Below are positions 20,382-28,831 of a stretch of 64,000 nucleotides of DNA, piece after piece. This stretch comes from an uncultured Duganella sp. Lineage in GTDB: Bacteria > Pseudomonadota > Gammaproteobacteria > Burkholderiales > Burkholderiaceae_D. The notes under the pieces are model-generated. The model ran no database searches. It saw only the letters and a list, made by a program, of their open reading frames with translations, and was not told the DNA's origin. How positions within the stretch are numbered: position 1 is the first letter of the stretch; the number at the start of each line of letters is the position of its first letter. The position numbers were made by a program, and so were the translations under genes. The stretch covers positions 36,181-100,180 of the forward strand of contig CAUPXZ010000015.1 of NCBI GenBank assembly GCA_963515135.1. The letters are read 5' to 3'.

Positions 20382-21650
20382 TTGACTTACCTCATCGACC
20401 GACGTTTGCAGGGCAAGAACAAGTCCGCAGTCAATCGCGAACGCTTCTTGCGACGTTACAAATCGCAGATCAAGGACGCGGTGGGCCGCGCCATCAAGGG
20501 CCGTTCCATCACCGACGTCGAGAACGGCGAAAAAGTTTCCATCCCGGTCAAGGATGTGAGCGAGCCCTCGTTCGGCCACGCCCATGGCGGCGTATGGGAA
20601 GTGGTCAACCCCGGCAACCAGGAATACCAGAAAGGCGACCAGATCAACCGCCCCAAAGGCGGCGCCGGTTCGGGACGCGGCAAGGCCGGCAATAGCGACC
20701 AGATGACCGAAGACGACTTCATCTTCGAACTGTCGCGCGAAGAATTCATGAACTACTTCTTCGAAGACCTGGAACTGCCGCACATGGTCAAGACCCAGCT
20801 GACCGCCACCACCGATTTCAAGAACCAGCGCGCCGGCTACAATATGTCCGGCACGCCATCGAACATCCATGTGCTGCGCTCGCTGCGCGGCGCGCTGGGC
20901 CGGCGCATCGCGGTCGGCGGGCCATCGCGCAAGCGGCTGGCGGAAGCCGAGCGCGAACTGGAACAACTGCTGCTGGATGGCGTGCCGCTGCAGGACCAGC
21001 GCGTGGTCGAGCTGAAAAAACTGATCCACCACCTGCACACGCGCATCCTGGCAATCCCCTACATCGACCCGTTCGACCTGCGCTACACCAACCGCATCAA
21101 GGTGCCGAAGCCGATGACGCAGGCGGTGATGTTCTGCATCATGGACGTCTCCGGCTCGATGGACGAGACCCGCAAGGACACCGCCAAGCGCTTCTTCATC
21201 CTGCTCTACCTGTTCCTCAAGCGCGTGTACGACAAGATCGACGTGGTGTTCATCCGCCACCACACGGCGGCGGCCGAGGTGGACGAGGAAGAATTCTTCC
21301 ACTCGCGCGAATCGGGCGGCACGGTGGTGTCGTCGGCGCTGCATCTGCTGGACAAGATCATCGACGAGCGCTACGGCGCCGGCAGCTATAACTCCTACGT
21401 GGCGCAGGCCTCCGACGGCGACAACTGGGACAACGACTCGGTGCTGTGCCGCCAGTTGCTGACCAACACCATCATGCCCAAGGTGCAGTATTACACCTAT
21501 GTCGAGATCACCGACGGCCCGCCGCAAAACCTGTGGGAGCAGTATTCGCAGGTGCCGGACCATCACCCGCACTTTGCCATGCAGAAGATTGTGACGCCGG
21601 CCGACATCTACCCGGTATTCCGTGAACTGTTCAAGAAGCAGCCGAAATAA
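20382..21650 (+). CDS. yeaH: YeaH/YhbH (DUF444) vWA-domain protein
   Basis: IDRRLQGKNKSAVNRERFL, MDVSGSM, SGGT and QASDGDNW. GGAGG RBS before the TTG at 20382. Confidence 0.93.
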   Translation: MTYLIDRRLQGKNKSAVNRERFLRRYKSQIKDAVGRAIKGRSITDVENGEKVSIPVKDVSEPSFGHAHGGVWEVVNPGNQEYQKGDQINRPKGGAGSGRGKAGNSDQMTEDDFIFELSREEFMNYFFEDLELPHMVKTQLTATTDFKNQRAGYNMSGTPSNIHVLRSLRGALGRRIAVGGPSRKRLAEAERELEQLLLDGVPLQDQRVVELKKLIHHLHTRILAIPYIDPFDLRYTNRIKVPKPMTQAVMFCIMDVSGSMDETRKDTAKRFFILLYLFLKRVYDKIDVVFIRHHTAAAEVDEEEFFHSRESGGTVVSSALHLLDKIIDERYGAGSYNSYVAQASDGDNWDNDSVLCRQLLTNTIMPKVQYYTYVEITDGPPQNLWEQYSQVPDHHPHFAMQKIVTPADIYPVFRELFKKQPK

Positions 21651-21652
21651 TC

Positions 21653-23194
21653 ATGAACGACATGACCACGCCCAAGCCGAAACATCCGAACGCCCTGCCC
21701 GAACAGTCCGAATGGACCTTCGAACTGATCGAGCAGATCCATCAGGAAATCCGCCGCGTGGCCGCAGGCTTCGGGCTGGATACCTATCCGAACCAGCTGG
21801 AAATCATCACCGCCGAACAGATGATGGATGCCTACACCTCGGTCGGCATGCCGGTGTCGTATAACCACTGGTCGTTCGGCAAGCATTTCCTCAGCACCGA
21901 GAAAGGCTACAAGCGCGGACAGATGGGCCTGGCGTACGAGATCGTCATCAATTCCGATCCGTGCATCGCCTACCTGATGGAGGAAAACAGCCTGACCATG
22001 CAGGCGCTGGTCATCGCCCACGCTGCCTACGGGCACAACTCCTTTTTCAAGGGCAACTACCTGTTCCGCACCTGGACCGACGCCGAGGCGATCGTCGACT
22101 ACATGGTGTTCGCCAAGAACTACATCGCCGAGTGCGAGCAGCGGCATGGCATCGACGCGGTGGAGCTGCTGCTCGATTCCTGCCATGCGATCCAGAACTA
22201 CGGCGTCGACCGCTACAAGCGGCCGGCCAAGCTGTCGCTGATGGAGGAGCGCGCGCGGCAAAAAGAACGCGAAGCCTATGTGCAGTCGCAGATCAACGAC
22301 CTGTGGCGCACCTTGCCGCGCCGCGAGGAAGAAGAGACCGCCAAGGCGGCCAAGCGCTTCCCGGCCGAGCCGGAGGAAAACCTGCTGTACTTCATCGAGA
22401 AATATGCGCCGCTGCTGGAGCCGTGGCAGCGCGAGATGGTGCGGATAGTACGCAAGATCTCTCAGTATTTCTACCCACAGCGCCAGACCCAGGTGATGAA
22501 CGAGGGCTGGGCCACTTTCTGGCATTACACCATCCTCAACCAGTTGTACGACGAGGGCGTGATCGGCGACGGCTTCATGATGGAGTTCCTGAAGAGCCAT
22601 ACCAATGTGGTCTACCAGCCGCCGGTCAACAGCCCCTACTACAGCGGCATCAATCCCTACGCGCTCGGCTTCGCGATGATGACCGATATTCGCCGCATCT
22701 GCGAGCATCCTACCGACGAAGACCGCGAATGGTTCCCTGACATCGCCGGCAGCGACTGGCGCAAGACGCTGGACTTCGCCATGCGCAACTTCAAGGACGA
22801 GAGCTTTATCGCGCAATACCTGTCGCCCAAGCTGATACGCGAGTTTCACTTCTTCGCCGTGCTGGACGACGATAACAACGAGAAGCTCAACGTCTCGGCG
22901 ATCCACGACGACAGCGGCTACCGATACGTGCGCCAGCAGCTGGCGGAACAATATAATCTGGGCAACCGTGAGCCCAACATCCAGGTCTGGTCGGTCAATA
23001 CCCAGGACGACCGGGCGCTGACCCTGCGCCATAGCCAGTTCCAGCGCCGCCCGCTGAACCAGCAGGCCGGTGAAGTGCTGAAGCATGTTGCGCGCTTATG
23101 GGGCTTCGACGTCCACCTGGAAACAGTGGGGCCGAGAGGCGAAGTCGTCAGTTCTCTCGAAGTCCGACGGGAAAAACGCGGCCGCAATTCCTGA
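21653..23194 (+). CDS. ycgB: SpoVR/YcgB family protein
   Basis: HWSFGK, AYEIVIN, HAAYGHNSFFK, MNEGWATFWH and NPYALG. Confidence 0.94.
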   Translation: MNDMTTPKPKHPNALPEQSEWTFELIEQIHQEIRRVAAGFGLDTYPNQLEIITAEQMMDAYTSVGMPVSYNHWSFGKHFLSTEKGYKRGQMGLAYEIVINSDPCIAYLMEENSLTMQALVIAHAAYGHNSFFKGNYLFRTWTDAEAIVDYMVFAKNYIAECEQRHGIDAVELLLDSCHAIQNYGVDRYKRPAKLSLMEERARQKEREAYVQSQINDLWRTLPRREEEETAKAAKRFPAEPEENLLYFIEKYAPLLEPWQREMVRIVRKISQYFYPQRQTQVMNEGWATFWHYTILNQLYDEGVIGDGFMMEFLKSHTNVVYQPPVNSPYYSGINPYALGFAMMTDIRRICEHPTDEDREWFPDIAGSDWRKTLDFAMRNFKDESFIAQYLSPKLIREFHFFAVLDDDNNEKLNVSAIHDDSGYRYVRQQLAEQYNLGNREPNIQVWSVNTQDDRALTLRHSQFQRRPLNQQAGEVLKHVARLWGFDVHLETVGPRGEVVSSLEVRREKRGRNS

Positions 23195-23257
23195 CCAACT
23201 AATATATAAGGCTTTTTCTGGACCGTGCGCTGCGGGCACGGCTCTTGCAAGAGTCCG

Positions 23258-23297
23258 AACCGGGGTCGGCGAAGGCGCGCTGATCCCGGTTTTTTTT
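23258..23297 (+). terminator. Intrinsic terminator after spoVR
   Basis: aaccggggtcggcg...cgctgatcccgg followed by T8. Confidence 0.82.
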
Positions 23298-23711
23298 ACC
23301 GCAGGCACGGCACGGGCAGGAAGTCAATATGTTTCTGAAGCTACTTGTATAGTAGTGCCCGCAAGAATTTCATAGTAGTAACATTTACGGCCAAATTATC
23401 AATTGCGTGTAGTAAAGCTACCTACATAAAATTCCGTTTTTGGCCTTAAGGGAAAACTAAGTAACGTCATGGTGCGCCAGCGCCCAAAAATGCGCCGGAG
23501 AGTCTTGCTCGTTGAGCCAGAACGGTGCAAAGTGAGCGCTACCATATAGGAAAACCCTATGAAATTTAACCGGTTTTAGGGATGAAAAATCTATGTAAAA
23601 TCAAGAATTCGTATGTATAATTCGCCGACGTCCCGGATGCGGCTGTTGTTTTGTGTCGCCATTTTGGGGTTTAAGTAGCACCAAAGAGAGTTGGTATTGG
23701 AGAAAGCAGGC

Positions 23712-24374
23712 ATGAATTTCACGCACAACGAGAAAAGCACCGGGAAGAACTTTACAGGCATAACGATTGTCGTTTTGTTGCACTTGCTGGTCGCTTATGG
23801 GATCGTGACGGGCTTGGGAACACGTCTGGTGCATAAGATGATCGCACCAGTGGAGACCAAGATCATCGAGGAGGTCAAACCTCCTCCACCGAAAGAGCTC
23901 CCACCACCGCCACCACCGCCAGAGATGAAGGCACCACCACCGCCATTCATCCCGCCAGTTGAGGTGAACGTGCAGCAGCCGCCACCGCCGAACAACACGA
24001 TCGCTAATGCGACCAACGTGAAGCCGGCAACCACCGAGATCCAGAAGGCACCGCCAGCTCCACCGGCAGCGCCTCCAGGCCCTCCGAAAACCGGTGTGCG
24101 TACTGCAGCAGTGGTTGACTTCAGCACTTGCGCCAAACCGGAATGGCCGAAGTCGTCGCTGCGTAACGAGGAAACCGGCACTGTGCAATTGTCGTTCCTG
24201 ATTTCCGCTGACGGTCGCGTTACCGAAAGCAAGGTAGTGAAATCGAGTGGCTTCAGGGACCTCGATAAAGCTGCGGTCGCTGGTATCGGTAAATGCCGCT
24301 TCAAACCGGCAACCGTTGATGGCACCCCGCAAGAAGGCTGGCAGCAGATGCAATACGTCTGGACGCTGGAGTAA
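23712..24374 (+). CDS. tonB: Energy transducer TonB
   Basis: N-terminal TM helix with His, poly-Pro linker, and C-terminal SSGFRDLDKAA..RFKPA. Confidence 0.9.
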   Translation: MNFTHNEKSTGKNFTGITIVVLLHLLVAYGIVTGLGTRLVHKMIAPVETKIIEEVKPPPPKELPPPPPPPEMKAPPPPFIPPVEVNVQQPPPPNNTIANATNVKPATTEIQKAPPAPPAAPPGPPKTGVRTAAVVDFSTCAKPEWPKSSLRNEETGTVQLSFLISADGRVTESKVVKSSGFRDLDKAAVAGIGKCRFKPATVDGTPQEGWQQMQYVWTLE

Positions 24375-24458
24375 AACCGAGACAATCCATCGTCTCACTT
24401 AGTAATTTTCGTTGTCATTACGCCAGCGATCTGATTATTTTATCAATTTGGAGGAAGC

Positions 24459-25373
24459 ATGTTTAAGAATACCCGTTTGTCCGCTGTACTGGCCGCTGTG
24501 CTGTTCTCGGTGACCGCAGCAACCGCCCTGGTGAGCGCTCCTGCCTTTGCGCAAGAGCAAGCCTCGGCACCTGCTGCTGCTCCAGCAGCTGATGCAGCAG
24601 CGCCAGCACCAGCAGCGGATGCGGCCGCAGCACCAGCAGCTGACGCAGCTGCTCCAGCACCAGCCGCCGGTGGCCACGGTGCCGAAGAAGTGGAAAACCC
24701 ATACGGCTTCAAAGCAGTTTGGGATGCAGGTTTCGTATCGCGCGCTACCCTGATCATTCTGTCGCTGATGTCGATGGGTTCGTGGTACATCATCATCACC
24801 AAACTGATCGACCAGACCAAGATCTTCAAACAGTCGAAAGAAACTTCGGCCAAGTTCTGGAAAGCTTCGTCGATCGCTGCTGGTTCGGCTACCCTGACCG
24901 AAGGCTCGCCATTCCGCTTCATCGCTGAAACCGGCACCAAGGCTACCCAGCACCACGACGGCGCCCTGCTGGAACAAATCGACCTGTCGACCTGGGTTAC
25001 CATGTCGATCCAGCGCGCTGTGGACAAAGTTCAATCGCGTCTGCAAGATGGCCTGTCGTTCCTGGCAACCGTTGGTTCGACCTCGCCGTTCATCGGTCTG
25101 TTCGGTACCGTTTGGGGTATTTACAATGCGCTGATCGCCATCGGCATGTCGGGTAACGCATCGATCGACAAAGTGGCAGGTCCAGTGGGTGAAGCGCTGA
25201 TCATGACCGCTTTCGGTCTGTTCGTGGCAGTTCCAGCCGTTCTGGGTTACAACTGGCTGGTACGTCGTAACAAGTCGGCAATGGAAGACGTACGTGCTTT
25301 CTCGGCTGACGTTCACTCGGTGCTGATCTCGGGCGCAATGTCGACCGCTACCGGCTCCAAAAAAGTAGGCTAA
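24459..25373 (+). CDS. exbB: MotA/TolQ/ExbB proton channel with signal peptide and Ala/Pro-rich extension
   Basis: LATVGSTSPFIGLFGTVWGI and GEALIMTAFGLFVAVPA. GGAGG RBS. Confidence 0.92.
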   Translation: MFKNTRLSAVLAAVLFSVTAATALVSAPAFAQEQASAPAAAPAADAAAPAPAADAAAAPAADAAAPAPAAGGHGAEEVENPYGFKAVWDAGFVSRATLIILSLMSMGSWYIIITKLIDQTKIFKQSKETSAKFWKASSIAAGSATLTEGSPFRFIAETGTKATQHHDGALLEQIDLSTWVTMSIQRAVDKVQSRLQDGLSFLATVGSTSPFIGLFGTVWGIYNALIAIGMSGNASIDKVAGPVGEALIMTAFGLFVAVPAVLGYNWLVRRNKSAMEDVRAFSADVHSVLISGAMSTATGSKKVG

Positions 25374-25379
25374 TTAACC

Positions 25380-25808
25380 ATGTCCATGTCCGTAGGCTCC
25401 GATAGCGGAGACGAAGATCAAGTCATGTCAGAAATCAACACGACGCCCCTGGTGGACATCATGTTGGTTCTGCTGATTATCTTCCTGATCACGAGCCCGG
25501 TTGTGCTGAAGCTGATTAAAATTCAGCTGCCAGAAGAAACCAACCAGGTTATTCAGACCAAACCGGAAGACGTTAACATCGTTGTGAGCAAGGATGGCGA
25601 CATCTACTGGAATCAGAAGAAAATGCGCGACGCCAATGAGCTGTTCGATTTTCTGAAGGTGGAAGCAGTGAAGTTGCCTCAGCCGGAAGTACACGTACGT
25701 GGTGACCAAGAAACCAAGTACGAATCGATCGGCAAGGTTATTTACACTACCCAGCGTGCTGGTATTCAGAAGGTCGGTTTCATCACCGAACCGCCTGATA
25801 AGGGTTAA
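25380..25808 (+). CDS. exbD: ExbD/TolR
   Basis: EINTTPLVDIMLVLLIIF. Confidence 0.92.
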   Translation: MSMSVGSDSGDEDQVMSEINTTPLVDIMLVLLIIFLITSPVVLKLIKIQLPEETNQVIQTKPEDVNIVVSKDGDIYWNQKKMRDANELFDFLKVEAVKLPQPEVHVRGDQETKYESIGKVIYTTQRAGIQKVGFITEPPDKG

Positions 25809-25867
25809 TACCTGATAGCGCATCGCAGGCCTGTCATGCAGGCCTGCCCTTCTAAAAAGGAAACATC

Positions 25868-26296
25868 ATGAGTATGAATGTCGGCTCCCCATCCGCAGGC
25901 GCGGATCCGGAACCAATGATGGAAATGAATATGACGCCCCTCATCGACGTGATGCTGGTGCTGATTATCATGATGATCATTACGATTCCTAAAGCCAACC
26001 ACTCGGTCAACCTGAACATGCCGGTCGGCACCCCGCCGCCGCCAACCAAGGAACCAGTGGTCGTGACGATTGACGTCGACTTCGACGGTACGATTCTGTG
26101 GGATAACGTGGTTGTACCTGACCGCGGCACCCTGGAAGCGAAACTGACCGATGTCGCCGCGCAAGCGGATCAGCCGGAAGTGCATCTGCGTCCGAACAAG
26201 CTGGTCTCGTACAAAGTCGTCGCAGGCGTGATGGCTTCGGCCCAGCGTCTGGGCGTGACCAAGATTGGTCTGGTCGGTAACGAACAGTTCCAGTAA
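25868..26296 (+). CDS. exbD: Second ExbD/TolR
   Basis: EMNMTPLIDVMLVLIIMM. Confidence 0.9.
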   Translation: MSMNVGSPSAGADPEPMMEMNMTPLIDVMLVLIIMMIITIPKANHSVNLNMPVGTPPPPTKEPVVVTIDVDFDGTILWDNVVVPDRGTLEAKLTDVAAQADQPEVHLRPNKLVSYKVVAGVMASAQRLGVTKIGLVGNEQFQ

Positions 26297-26367
26297 TAAG
26301 TCCCATGTACAATAATAGGCAGGACCATTCCTGCCTATTTGCTTTTTTGAAGAAAGAAAACTCACCC

Positions 26368-27591
26368 ATGACCAAGTTTCGTCTCGCTCATCTCGGCCTG
26401 GTAATGGCCGCGATTGGTTTTACTGCAGCAGCCCCCATCGCAGGTTTCTCGTCGGTCGCCTACGCAGCAGAAACGGTGCGCGCAGAAATCGGCAAACCAT
26501 TGCAAGAAGCACAGAAACTGGCCGCGGCCGGCAAGAATAAAGAAGCGCTTGCCAAACTGAAAGAAACCGACTCCGTCGGCGGCAAATCCGCCAACGAAAC
26601 CTATCTGATCGAGCGCACCCGCGCTTCGGCGGCCGCTGCCGCCGGCGATAACGACGCAGCCGCCAAGGCCTTCGAATCGGTGATCAATTCCGGCAAGCTG
26701 TCGGCTGCCGAACAACCAAAATTCACCCAAGCCCTGGCCGGCATCTACTACCGCGCCAAGGACTATCCTAAGGCCATCACCTGGATTCAGCGCGCGCTGA
26801 AAGACAATCCGAACGACGGCCAGATGCGCGAACTGCTGATCCAGACCTACTACATCAGCGGCAAATACGCGGAAGCGGCCAAGGAACTGCAATCGAACAA
26901 GAACGCCTCCGAGCAGTCGCTGCAGATGCTGGCCAATATCCAGCTGAAGCAGAACGACAAGGCCGGCTACGTACAGACGCTGGAAAAGCTGGCCGGTTCG
27001 TATCCGAAATCGAGCTACTGGGCCGACCTGCTGAACCGCGTCGCCGGCAAGCCGGGCTTCTCGTCGAGCCTGGGCCTGGACGTGCTGCGTCTGCGCCTGG
27101 CCAACGGCCTGCTGACCAAGCCAGCCGAGTACATGGAAATGGCCCAGCTGTCGCTGCAAGCCGGCAATCCAGCTGAAGCGATCAAGATCATCGACCAGGG
27201 CTACAAAAAAGGCGCGCTGGGCACCGGCACCGACGCCGCCCGTCACCAGCGTCTGAAAGACCTGGCCGCCAAGACCCAGACCGAGTTCGACGCCAAAGCC
27301 GCCACCGTGGAAGCCGAAGCGGTCAAAGCCAAGGATGCCGACGCACTGGCCAACCTGGGCTACGGCCTGGTATCGGCTGGCAAAGCCGACAAAGGTTTGG
27401 CGCTGATGGACCAGGCAGTCAAGCTGGGCACCGGCCGCAATCCGGAAGCGATCAAGCTGCACTACGGCATCGCCCAAAGCGTCGCCGGCAAGAAAGCTCC
27501 TGCGCTGGCCACGCTGAAAACCGTCAAAGGCACCGACGGCACCGCCGATCTGGCCCGCTACTGGACGCTGAACATCAACCACCCGATGTAA
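26368..27591 (+). CDS. Exported all-helical tetratricopeptide-repeat protein
   Basis: Signal peptide ending in AYA, with TPR-like helices such as LAGIYYRAKDYPKAITWIQRAL. Confidence 0.8.
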   Translation: MTKFRLAHLGLVMAAIGFTAAAPIAGFSSVAYAAETVRAEIGKPLQEAQKLAAAGKNKEALAKLKETDSVGGKSANETYLIERTRASAAAAAGDNDAAAKAFESVINSGKLSAAEQPKFTQALAGIYYRAKDYPKAITWIQRALKDNPNDGQMRELLIQTYYISGKYAEAAKELQSNKNASEQSLQMLANIQLKQNDKAGYVQTLEKLAGSYPKSSYWADLLNRVAGKPGFSSSLGLDVLRLRLANGLLTKPAEYMEMAQLSLQAGNPAEAIKIIDQGYKKGALGTGTDAARHQRLKDLAAKTQTEFDAKAATVEAEAVKAKDADALANLGYGLVSAGKADKGLALMDQAVKLGTGRNPEAIKLHYGIAQSVAGKKAPALATLKTVKGTDGTADLARYWTLNINHPM

Positions 27592-27610
27592 TTCGGGCAG
27601 GTCAATGCGC

Positions 27611-27648
27611 AAAGCGCTGTCCCGGCCCCGCCGGACAGCGCTTTTTTT
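27611..27648 (+). terminator. Intrinsic terminator after the TPR gene
   Basis: aaagcgctgtcc...ggacagcgc followed by T7. Confidence 0.88.
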
Positions 27649-27650
27649 AT

Positions 27651-27740
27651 TCCGGGGTCAGGTCCCCCATTTCTACACGGGCTCAGCCGCGCGCGGCTGC
27701 GCGGCTGAGCCCGTGTAGAAATGGGGGACCTGACCCCGGA
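27651..27740. repeat. 90-bp palindromic element (perfect 42-bp arms, 6-nt loop), REP/MITE-like
   Basis: tccggggtcaggtcccccatttctacacgggctcagccgcgc, then gcggct, then the exact reverse complement. Confidence 0.93.
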
Positions 27741-27811
27741 GTTGGTTTTTTTTCGCTTTGAGGGATTCCCCGTATAATCTCTTATTTGCGACAAGTTTCC
27801 CCCAGATTCCC

Positions 27812-28768
27812 ATGAAGGTATTTCGAGGTCTTCCCAATGCAGCGGCGCGCGCGCCCTGCGCGCTCACGATCGGCAACTTTGACGGTGTCCACCTGGGCCA
27901 CCAGGCATTGCTGGCCCGCGTGCGCACCGCCGCCGACCGCCTCGGCCTGGAAGCGGCCGTGATGACCTTCGAACCGCATCCGCGCGAGTTCTTCGCGCAC
28001 AAGTCCGGCGATCTGTCGAAGGCGCCGGCGCGCATCGCCAACCTGCGCGACAAGCTGCAATCGCTGTCCGACAACGGCATCGACCGCGTCATCGTCGAGC
28101 ATTTCTCGGCTTCGTTCGCCGGCCTGACGCCGCAGGAGTTCACTGAAAAAGTGCTGGTCGAGGGCCTGCACGTCAAATGGCTGATGGTCGGCGACGATTT
28201 CTGCTACGGCGCCCGCCGCGCCGGCAATGTGCAGATGCTGCTTGAAGCCGGCCACAAATACGGCTTCCACGTCGAGACCCTGCCGACCGTGATGAACGGC
28301 AGCACCCGCATTTCCTCCTCCGCCGTACGCGCCGCGCTGGCCGAGGGTGACTTCCTGCACGCCGAAGCGCTACTGGGCCACCCCTACGCCATCTCCGGCC
28401 ATGTGATCCACGGCCAGAAACTGGGCCGCACGCTGGGCTTCCCGACGCTGAACCTGCGCGTACCGCATCGCCCGGCGCTGTCCGGCATCTTCATCGTGCA
28501 GGTGCATGGCCTGGGCGAACAGCCGCTGCCGGCCGTCGCCAGCCTCGGCGTGCGCCCCACCGTCGACGACAGCGGCCGCGTGCTGCTGGAGGTGCATGTA
28601 TTCGACTTCGCGCAGAATTGCTACGGCAAACAGGTGCGCGTCGAGTTCCTGCAAAAGATCCGCGACGAGGAAAAATACGTCGACCTGCCGACGCTGACGG
28701 CCGCCATCAACAACGACGCCGACATCGCCCGCAGCTTCTTCGCCAAGCGTGCCACCGACCGAATTTGA
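27812..28768 (+). CDS. ribF: Bifunctional riboflavin kinase/FAD synthetase
   Basis: IGNFDGVHLGH, TFEPHP, ISSSAVR, GRTLGFPT and GVRPT. Confidence 0.96.
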   Translation: MKVFRGLPNAAARAPCALTIGNFDGVHLGHQALLARVRTAADRLGLEAAVMTFEPHPREFFAHKSGDLSKAPARIANLRDKLQSLSDNGIDRVIVEHFSASFAGLTPQEFTEKVLVEGLHVKWLMVGDDFCYGARRAGNVQMLLEAGHKYGFHVETLPTVMNGSTRISSSAVRAALAEGDFLHAEALLGHPYAISGHVIHGQKLGRTLGFPTLNLRVPHRPALSGIFIVQVHGLGEQPLPAVASLGVRPTVDDSGRVLLEVHVFDFAQNCYGKQVRVEFLQKIRDEEKYVDLPTLTAAINNDADIARSFFAKRATDRI

Positions 28769-28831
28769 CCGCGCGATCAGCTACGCGCGCCGGCTACCCA
28801 GAACACCCGAATAAATCACTGATCGAATACC

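Noticed and set aside
18387..21572. 1061-aa antisense ORF (similarly 28781-31633, 3602-5593, 14427-16652, 45625-47535)
   Set aside because: These are shadow frames opposite well-supported genes. They are expected from high GC3 codon bias and contain no recognisable motifs.
23469..23549. 26-codon ORF MVRQRPKMRRRVLLVEPERCKVSATI
   Set aside because: No properly spaced RBS and no other support.
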